A DNA stretch of 58,778 nt, filler included, from Sphacelaria rigidula (taxonomy: Eukaryota): assembly GCA_964200075.2 (NCBI GenBank). It is 9 parts of 9 records of this genome, joined end to end, with 100 filler letters (N's around TTAATTAATTAA, not from the genome) between each part and the next. Parts side by side here need not be neighbours in the genome. Positions count along the whole stretch, not along the records: positions 45,797 to 52,237 come from CAXNAA020020044.1; positions 52,338 to 58,778 come from CAXNAA020020045.1; 7 more parts are not named here. One strand, given 5' to 3'. A model generated the notes under the pieces. That model saw nothing but the letters and a program-made list of their open reading frames with translations. It was not told where the DNA came from and did no database searches. The position numbers were made by a program, and so were the translations under genes. This document shows, piece after piece, positions 50,200 to 58,778 of the stretch (position 1 is its first letter; each line of letters opens with the position of its first letter).

Positions 50200-50625
50200 A
50201 ACTCTCCACAAACTGATGAAGCTCAAAACCTCGTCCGGTAGCCACGCCTTTAGAGCTACGCTACCAGATTCTTCATCCCGGAACAGTGAAAACATTATCA
50301 AATTACGCAAGCTTATCTTCCCCTCCTTCGTGCCCCCCCCTGCCCACAGCTTTCCGTCGAAATCACACCACCAGCCTGAGAAGTGGTTCACTCGCACCCT
50401 ATCCTCCATCCCGCACATCTCGAAGGTGTACGAAAACGTGCACGGGAAGAGACGCGCCAGGGAACAGGGGTTGCATGGCTCGGGTGGTCGGGGGGGTGTT
50501 ATTGACGGTCATGAAGCAGATGGTGGTGGTGATGGTGGGCAAGGTGGTGCTGCCGACGGGGGCGATGGAGACCCTGCAGAGGATGAGGTTCGAGTGGCGG
50601 AGAGGCTAGGGGTCACTGTCAGGGA
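50200..50625 (+). CDS. Possible further exon (G/D-rich)
   Basis: Open frame 50216-50701 with a donor GAG|gtgagg near 50625. Its acceptor phase does not join directly to the 49726 exon. Confidence 0.3.
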
Positions 50626-50991
50626 GGTGAGGAAGGGCGCAACACAAAAGCCAAAGCTTGTCCGGGGACGGAGTGGGTATGGGGCAGATAGGCGGACGTA
50701 GTTACAGATGCATCGCTCAGTGCAAATTAGCAGGTGAATTGAAATTTGGCGGTTGATTTTTGGACAAAGTGTGATTTTGGCTCCAGAAAACGGGTTTCGA
50801 CTGAAGGTCGCAGCCCAATTTCCATGAGGAGTAATGAAAAACGATTTGAGTCTGGTATCTCCATGATGAAGACATCGAGTCATGGCCCGCAGTAATGTTT
50901 CAACCTATACAATGATGCATGTAGTATTCACAGCCAGATTGACCGACCAGTCAAGATCTGGGCAGAAAAAGGCATGCGGGGAGAGAGCTGA

Positions 50992-51577
50992 GGGGGGGGG
51001 GTACTCATGATCTTGCATGCCATAGTCATAAGACCATTGACCTCGCATCCCCACACAGCCGGGATGGAGCACGCCGGGTTTTCGCCGGGCCAGGCTGGCA
51101 ATAGGGTACTAAGCGCAAAACGCCGTGGTGTGCTCGGCGAGTCGCATGAAGGGTGAGCTGCATCTTGCTGAGATTATTCGGCCCGAAGCGTACTGATTAT
51201 CTTGCATTTTGAAGGCAGCCTCCAATGAGTTGCTTCATTTTCTGGTATCGTCACTTCCAGATGCAGCCACGGCTTACACATTGCCTCGTGGGTGTCCCAT
51301 CATATAGACACTACGTAGTATGATGATCTCCTTTGCGCGGAGTTGAGGTTCTCCCACCTCGCACAGTATGACCTAGCTCAATTACCATCATGGTAATTGC
51401 AACAAAAAAAACGCAAGTGCACACAAAAAAACGGTAGCCTGGTTACCTCGCTTACGCAGTGACTAGCGTGTTTTCCAGCGTCGTCGCCAACCGACACCAA
51501 CCCCATAGGGGTCCGCCCCTACAAAGGCGGGACAGAGCACGCCGGGTTTTTGCCGCGCCAGGCTAATCACAATTCAA
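50992..51577 (-). mobile_element. Longest copy of the poly(C)-ended retroposon, with an internal ~50-bp direct repeat
   Basis: G-run at 50992-51001, TGAGGGGG at both flanks, and 51048-51095 repeated at 51516-51564. A second partial copy lies at 51936-52150. Confidence 0.7.
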
Positions 51578-52337
51578 TGAGGGGGAGGGGGGGGAGACGT
51601 GGAACGCAATTCTCATTGTCTGAATAACCGAGCGAGATTTTCCCTTGATATGCTTTCTGTTTTGTGGTTTTTCGGGAGTAATGTCATCGTCCATGCCGAA
51701 GAGTTACTCCATCCCGGAGACCGTCGAATACGTCAGCCGATCTTCATCTTTCCCGTGACCAATCGGAAATTGCGTGCCATCTCTCCTTCTCGCCCCCCCC
51801 TCCCTCCAAGAGTCACATATGGCTGCCAGCTCACTTGGAGGGGTGGGCCATTCGGTTTGTAAAAGGATGTGCGCCACTCACTCACCACAATTGATACTAT
51901 ATTTCACGTCTCTGGAATTAGAACTACCCCCATGAGGAGGGGGGGGAAACTCATGGTCTTGCATGCCGCAGTCATAAATACCATAGACCTCACATCCCTA
52001 CAAAGCTGGGGCAGAGCATGCCGGGGCTTCGCCGGATCAGGCTCGCAATCACCAATTGCGAAGCTCCATGATGTGCTCAGCGAGTAGCGTGAGGGATGGC
52101 CTCTATCCTGTTAACATAGTTCGACCCGAAGCGTACTAGCTATCTTGCTGCCGTTTCTGTTCCGATTTTGCTTCGGCACGTCTATCACGGTACTTGCCTT
52201 GCTTGTTGGTCTCGCGGGAAGGGTGCAGCCTTCCCATNNNNNNNNNNNNNNNNNNNNNNNNNNNNNNNNNNNNNNNNNNNNTTAATTAATTAANNNNNNN
52301 NNNNNNNNNNNNNNNNNNNNNNNNNNNNNNNNNNNNN

Positions 52338-52513
52338 CGACAACTCACGTCACACAAACCCAGTCGACTACTTTGTTTACTCACGTTCTCACGCTTTCCA
52401 CGGTGGAGATCATAGACGACGAAGAAAAAAAACCAACGCATCGGGAATTGAACCCCCGTTTTCTCAGCCCTAATGGCGACAGTCGGACCATTACACCACC
52501 GGGGCGCGGCGGC
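52338..52513 (-). mobile_element. SINE group A, head variant 1 (cut by linker)
   Basis: Reverse homologue of 55164-55335. A box TGGTGTAATGG, B box GGTTCAATTCC. Confidence 0.8.
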
Positions 52514-53057
52514 TGAAGTTTAGGGGGGGAAACCGGCAAAAATCGAATTTTCGGTTACAATCGCTTGTGGCAAGCCGTGGTGCCGCACAAGGTGTGCTTG
52601 TACAACGGTTGATGTACTTTAGGCGCGCGGTGTCCAAGATGGCACGCAGACGAGGCCCCCAGCGCGCCGAGGCATTTGGTGGTAGTGCGCGAGCTGGTGA
52701 GCAGTGGGTAAAGAAAGCCTGTAGAGAGCGTCAGACCTCCGGCTGAGGTTGTTGTACTCCAAAAGCAAGCCAACCGGCTTCCGACGGGAAAACGCGGTTG
52801 CGCCGTTCAATTCAGCATTTCTTTTTTTTCGAGATTTCTCGACCCGATGTACATGAGGTATGTGCAAAGACCCTACTCTTCTGCCCCCCCCCCCCCCCCC
52901 CCCCCCCTCTCTCCCCTCTCCTCTCTTCCCTTCCCCTCTCTATCTTATCCCCTTCTTATCCCCNNNNNNNNNNTTTTTTTTTTTTTTTTTCCTCCCCCCA
53001 CCGCGTCGGGTGGTTGGGGAACGACCCCCCCCCCCCTCCCCCCCCCCCCCCCCCCCC

Positions 53058-53545
53058 CTCCGACTTCTTTTTCTTTCCTTTGTGAGTTATCCGTGGCACA
53101 AATTTCGGAACAGCTGTTTTCGGCGAGGGAACAAAAAGTTGATAACTCACTAGAAGAAATATAAATTATTCCGGGGGGAGGGTAGGGTCTCAGCACATAC
53201 CTCATGTATGTTGTGTCAAACTTTCATGGAAAACGACTCGAAATTGAACAGCACAACCGCACGTAGAATATTCCCGTTCGAGTTTTGGCTGGTCCGTTTC
53301 CATATTGGAACCGGTTTCCGACAGAGAGAAGAGATTTCACTGTTTAATTGTGAGTCGTTTTTTTCATAAAATTTCGACACAATGTGCAAGACGTATGTGC
53401 AGATATTTTAGTTCCCCTTTTTACTCTCTAATCCTCTTCTCGTAAGTTATCGATCACGACGCACCTCACGACAGTTTTGTTCGGAACTGAATCGCGAATA
53501 ACTCACAAAAAAAAGTAAAAAGGAGGAAGTCAGGGTCTCCGCACT
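53058..53545. mobile_element. Old MITE-like element with long imperfect inverted arms
   Basis: TTTGTGAGTTAT / ATAACTCACAAA, TGTGTCAAACTTTCATGGAAAACGACTC / GAGTCGTTTTTTTCATAAAATTTCGACACA. Confidence 0.55.
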
Positions 53546-53841
53546 TAAGGTACCCAACGTGGACCGTGTGAAAAAATTTCAGAGAGGGACGACTTTAATT
53601 TAAACCACACAATCGCGGTTCAATATTCATGTTGGCATTTTCGGCGACCCAGCTTGTACCCAATTTCTACTACTACGAAGTATGCTGTGGACTATGGAAG
53701 TAAAAAGAACTCTAGAGCATGTACCGAATACGGTCGGGAGCTTTTCGACTACTACAAGTATCACTACAAGCACTACCACCTACTGTCAGTACGAAGTATA
53801 CCGTGTGGACTCTGAAAATAGAAGAACTGCAGAGAACGTAC

Positions 53842-53942
53842 CGAATACGGCCGCGAGCTTTCCAAGGCGCTCCTTGTCCTCGGGCTGAATCTTGATCATG
53901 CCGTCAACACTTCTCTTTTTCACCAGAGAAGAAACTTCCATC
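53842..53942 (-). CDS. TIC110: Tic110-like plastid inner-envelope translocon protein, exon c
   Basis: ctgcag|G ATG...TTC G|gtacgt, phase 2/1. MEVSSLVKKRSVDGMIKIQPEDKERLGKLAAVFG. Confidence 0.6.
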
Positions 53943-54577
53943 CTGCAGCAACGAACAAAAACAGACGAAGCGCAGACAATGCAGTGCAGACAAGAGCTGA
54001 GCACCCATTGTGCTACGAATTTCCAAAAGGTCGGGTGCCGAATCAACGGACCATCTCGTCTTCCCCAGTGTATTCCACGAATACAAGTTACCCCACCTCT
54101 CACAGGATAACGGTTAGTCATGAGAATGGTGAAACGAACCAGGGTTATGATCCCAACTCACAGTCTGTTTTGTGGGGAAAGGGGGCGGCGGATGTGTCAA
54201 GTAAGTCACTGTCCAGTTTGTGCAAAAAATGGCCCCTGCGTGCATGTAGGGACATGAAAAAACGTCGTGTACTGGACTGTTGAACTGATGAGTCCCCCAA
54301 TAATTTTGTCGGAAACCACGACTCTGTAGGCCATGGATCGTGTTCATGGGTGGTATCTTACACGTTAAAATTTGCCGTTAATGTTGTGTTGGTCACATGG
54401 CGGACAGCGGGTCACCCTCCTCTCTTTCCCCCTTTTCTCGTATTGGATATCTAGGAGCAAGGTATGACAGAACGGCTTTCGCCCAAGGAGACGAATTTGG
54501 ATCGATTTTTTTTCCCTCCAATATAGCTTCTCGTGTTGTGAATTGAGTGCCGGTAGGTGAACGTCAGAGAACTTAGA

Positions 54578-54916
54578 GTGTGTGTTGTCGTCCCATCTAC
54601 TCTGGACGCCGGTCTACAGCTTTCGGCGTATGAGGGAGCACCAGCCGGGGTCACACAGGAGGAAGGTCAACACAGGAGTTTTTTCTTCTAGTACTCCACC
54701 TTCCTTGTGCGGTGCTTGCCTTTTATTTTTTTATCGCGAGAGGGGTTCAACAGTCCCTTTCCCTCGTCGACTGTAGAGTCAAATTTTGTGAACCCACGAC
54801 ATAGTCGCTCTCCACTATTAGTCAGTGTGTGGAAAAAAAATCCCAGATCGGTCCGAGATTTGAACCCGCGACCCATCCGTCAAAAGGTCTCGAGATTACC
54901 AACCGAGTCACCGGGG
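54578..54916 (-). mobile_element. tRNA-derived SINE, group B
   Basis: Colinear with 17763-18115. A box TGACTCGGTTGG, B box GGTTCAAATCTC, CA tail. Confidence 0.85.
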
Positions 54917-55163
54917 TAGTGTATCAAGCTCATTTTCAATTGATAAAAGAGTAGCTGTGGCAGTGGTACAGTAGTAGTCCAGTACCATCTTCATATTTTG
55001 GTAATAAATAAATAAAAATGTTCATGAACGACCGAAAAAACAGATATAAAGTGGTACACGTTGTGATAATTCAGGGGAGAGACGGGCTCATGATCCTTGG
55101 ACACCACGGCCACAGGTGAGAACAAAGAAGATATAACTACTACTACTACTGCTACTACTGACC

Positions 55164-55462
55164 GCCGCGCCCCGGTGGTGTAATGGTCCGGCTGTCGCCG
55201 TAAGAGTACAGAGAACGACGGTTCGATTCCCGATGCGTTGGGTCATTTCTACCTAATATCTGATTTCCACCGTGGTGAGCATGAGAACGTGAGTAAACGA
55301 AGTACTCGACTGAGCTTGTTTGACGTGAGTTGACGCGGTGCGGGAGTGCTGACTCAATCCGCGAGTCCAAAATACAAGGCGTGTACTGGGGGAGAGATGC
55401 GATGATCCCTAGAGACCACGGACTCGTCCCGAGGAAGGGGAGGTGTTCATAGTGCGTCAAAA
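55164..55462 (+). mobile_element. Full-length tRNA-derived SINE, group A, head variant 1
   Basis: GCCGCGCCCCGGTGGTGTAATGG (A box)...GGTTCGATTCCC (B box), then the shared core and tail ...ATAGTGCGTCAAAAT. Confidence 0.85.
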
Positions 55463-55684
55463 TAATATAATCCCCCACCACCTCCTCTCACCACCACCAC
55501 TACTAAAAAAAAGGACAATGACAGCAACAGCAACAAAATGAATGATGACAACATATATTTTTCCTAGTGGGGGACGGGGACGGGGGGACGGTGCCAAATG
55601 TTCCCAGAAAAAAAATCCACAACAAGATCTCGCACCCGTGTCAAAAAGCGGACAACCTCAAACGTATAGGTTCAGCTACTATAC

Positions 55685-55923
55685 CCGTAAGCCGCCCTGT
55701 GCATATCCTTCGCGACGTTCGGGTCCATGCCCAGAGTTTTCCGCGCTCTCTCCAGCTGCTGGGCCTTGACGGAGTCCCATTTCGCGCGGGCGGAGTTGAG
55801 GGCTTTCTCGTAGAAGGGACCCGCGATGGCGCCGCATCGAGATTTCACGTCAGAGAGGGTGAGGTCGAAGATCTTGCTGATGCGACTCATCTCGTACGAG
55901 TACGCCTCTTCCGTGTCACAAAC
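55685..55923 (-). CDS. TIC110: Tic110-like protein, exon b
   Basis: aaacag|GTT...TAC GG|gtatag, 239 nt, phase 0/2. EMSRISKIFDLTLSDV...PFYEKAL...ARKTLGMDPNVAKDMHRAAY resembles Tic110 helical repeats. Confidence 0.65.
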
Positions 55924-56554
55924 CTGTTTTAATGGGGGGGGGGTTTCTTGTCAAAATAGTTATTTCTCACGTTTTTTTATTGGGGGATGAGGGTATCTTC
56001 ATACGGGAAAATATTCTTTCGCGCAATTTTCATGTCTTTGACTTGGTGACGTGGTGACGCCGCTTGTGAAAATCTCAGACCACATCGATTCGCGATGCTG
56101 TCACCAACTGATGGTCGCACCACACCCGTCTCCCGGATCTCATAAACCTCAACTTCAACCCAGACACCATTATTGTCACTTCATCGTGGATGCACTTGCA
56201 CTTGTACCTTGCTGCTTCTCCCACACTGAACTGACTCACTTGGTTCATCACACAGGCAATCTTGTATGTCAATGTGTTCTGAAATGGCTTCTAGATACTG
56301 CAACCACCATAAACATATGGGAAAATTCTTCCCGCTTCTGCACAAAACATCGATTCTTCCCAAACACAGAATCGAGCCTCTTCGGGGTTTTTTTTCTTTT
56401 CCAGTCCCATCCGCACTATTGTTTTTTTGCTTGTTTGGGCATCCCATGAAAGAAAAAAAGCTACAGTAACATAAATATATCTACCGCTTCACATTAAAGA
56501 CAAGACGTCGTCAGCAGTTGCAACATGAAAAAAATCGAACTGCGTCAAGTATTT

Positions 56555-56668
56555 TAGGCGTACTGCAACTGTTTTAGGTCCAACAATTCAAGCATGGGCT
56601 TATCGCGACTGTTGTCGGTCCAATAGTTCAAGTATAGGCGTACTGCAACTATTGTCGGTTCAGTAGGC
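56555..56668. repeat. Minisatellite, ~40-bp unit x3
   Basis: TAGGCGTACTGCAACTxTTxTxGGTCCAAxAxTTCAAG repeated. Confidence 0.7.
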
Positions 56669-56919
56669 TTATAATCCACGCCCTACAATTTATTTTCATT
56701 GTACCTATTGCCGGTCCAGCAGGCCTATACTTCACGCAGTATATTTTCTTCTAATGCAACTACTGGCTACGAGAAATGCGGTTCTCGTCATCAGGTCAGA
56801 ATGAAAACGCACAACACCCCCTCCTCTGTCACTCAGACTAGAAACCACTCCCGTACCTCGAGGGACGAGTCCATGGTCTCAAGAGATGCATCAAGCTATC
56901 GATTTCTCCCCCGGTACGG

Positions 56920-57014
56920 TAGTGCTCCGTGTCGAAATGGATGCGTGGTCAATTGCCAAACGATAAAGGCAAGCAACAAATGAGTACCCCCTACTCCCCC
57001 CTTCCCCCCCCCCC
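56920..57014 (+). mobile_element. Poly(C)-ended retroposon 3' end inserted in the C-run of a SINE A core
   Basis: GTGCTCCG...AGGCAAGCAACAAATGAGTACCCCC plus a C-rich tail, with CCCCGGT on both sides (56909-56915, 57011-57017). Confidence 0.7.
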
Positions 57015-57471
57015 GGTGCTATGCACGCCTGGCATCACCTGTTTCAGTTTTGTCCAGTCTCGCGAACGTCCATCGTGTGGACAATGATCACGACTGGATC
57101 ATGACTACCTGGGGGACCAACTAGAGTGCGACAATCAATCGATCAACCAATCAATGACAGATTATCCCGGATTGAATAGATCAGCCCTCCCACCACACCG
57201 CGTCGACCCCGGTCAAAATAAACAAGTCTCCGCTGGTAATTATTATCACGTTGTCATCCTTTCAACATCGGGGGGGAAAATCTGACACTTTCCAGGAAAA
57301 CAACACCCAAACAGATCTGTTGTATCTACCGGGAATCAAATCGATCCCGCACTTTCCCGGCTCAACGGTGACCCGAATTCGACTTCACGGTCGACGAGGG
57401 AAAGGAACCGCTGACTCCCTTCTCGCGATAAAGAGCAAGGGAAAGACCCAAAGAGGATGGTGTAGCGACCA

Positions 57472-57475
<4 letters not shown>

Positions 57476-57534
<59 letters not shown>
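57476..57534. repeat. (AG)n microsatellite
   Basis: Directly visible. Confidence 0.95.
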
Positions 57535-57537
<3 letters not shown>

Positions 57538-58364
57538 CGCGCGACATTCTACGCTATCTACCCACCTAGTCACCACATCTTGTTTGTACTCCTTTTCCTG
57601 TTTTTAGTCTCGACACTTTCTACGATAGCCACCTCCCCCCCCCCCCCAAAATAAAACTAGCTCAAATGTGTCACGAAAAAAATGGTCATACAGCGCCTGA
57701 TGATGTTTGGGTTCCGGCTGCATGAAGCGCCTCATATGGGCGACATTGGCGAGAACGAACACCAGCGTCGGAATTCCCAGCTGCTCGTTGTGCTCGACTT
57801 TTCCCATTTCGATTCAAGTCAATATTTTGCCTCTCCAAACCAGCCCCTTTTTTGCTTTCGCTTTTTTTTTGGGGGGGGGGGGGAGCTATCGTAGAAAGTG
57901 TCTCCCGTGTGACCCCCAAGCTGATGCGCCTACTGATGCCAAAAGGTATACAACAGCGTCCAGAATAGGTGGAATGGCGACACGCATACACACACACACA
58001 CCCTGCGGTAAATTGTACCTGTAGCCCACGGGGGGGGAAGATACATATAAAAGTATCCGCGTCAGAACAACACGGAGCTGCATCGACCCAACGTCAGGGA
58101 GGGGCGGCCAAATTGAACGACTAGATATTACCATAGGCCGACCAGTTGCAGATGGAAGGCACACAAGATTGATCGATTGATTGTCGCACTTCAAATGACC
58201 CCCCAGGGATGCAGCCGTGGTCATAGTAAGACGTGCTCACGAAATACACACTAAAAACACTCGCTCAAGAGAAAGAAGGAACAGAAAGAAAAAAAAAGTC
58301 TTACAGGACGACAAAGTTCACCAAGACGTAAAAAATAACCAGATAAAAACAAAACGATGCGTAC

Positions 58365-58487
58365 CTCGAACATGCGGTCGCAGAGGAACAGGAACTTGTC
58401 CAAAGAACGTCGGTTGGGTGACCACTCGTCCGCCAGCTCCGTGGAGAGGGTCTTCGCCACGAATTGTGAATATATCGGCGATGCGGC
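58365..58487 (-). CDS. TIC110: Tic110-like protein, exon a
   Basis: ctgcag|GCC...TTC GAG|gtacgc, 123 nt, phase 0/0. RRSLDKFLFLCDRMFE resembles the Tic110 RR-x-F-x-KL-x-[FY]-x-S-x-x-x-F block. Exons a-c join in frame. Confidence 0.65.
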
Positions 58488-58778
58488 CTGCAGACCACGC
58501 ATGTACATGATACACGAATAACAGATACACGCAGAAGAAAAGATTGAACAACAAAAAGGGGAGAGGGGGCATATTATAATGAATATAGTGATAATCAAGG
58601 CTCTACGCATTACACGTGCCAACGCGTTACACGTTGCGTTTTGGTCGAAACGTAACGGGAACGTCGAGTTTGTATTACGAGATGAACATAACGTAACGTA
58701 ACCGTTAACCCTTTTGGAACCCTCCCCTCCCGTCCCCGGGCCAGACGCCTCATTATAGGAAGCCCTGACAAAGAAGAA

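Overview
This is eukaryotic, intron- and repeat-rich DNA, most likely from a brown alga (Phaeophyceae; inferred from gene content, long introns and repeat style). The window is not one locus. It consists of nine ~6.44-kb segments joined by identical 100-bp artificial linkers (N44-TTAATTAATTAA-N44), so no synteny can be read across them. Spliced, phase-consistent exons are recognisable for an Acl4-like TPR chaperone (4 exons), a MYCBPAP/FAP147-like flagellar protein (4 exons) and a Tic110-like plastid translocon subunit (3 exons). Single exons match a CBM1 cellulose-binding module and a PLP aminotransferase, and there is one unidentified multi-exon gene. Most of the remainder is mobile DNA: two tRNA-headed SINE groups, several MITE families, gag and LINE RT relics, and mini- and microsatellites. 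The most unusual observations are (i) a retroposon-like family that ends in poly(C), inserts at C/G runs with target duplications and stacks head-to-tail, (ii) a conserved SINE core carried by three different tRNA-like heads, and (iii) a ~970-bp near-perfect non-coding hairpin. No CRISPR array or prokaryotic system is seen. All protein identifications come from motif recognition, not database searches.
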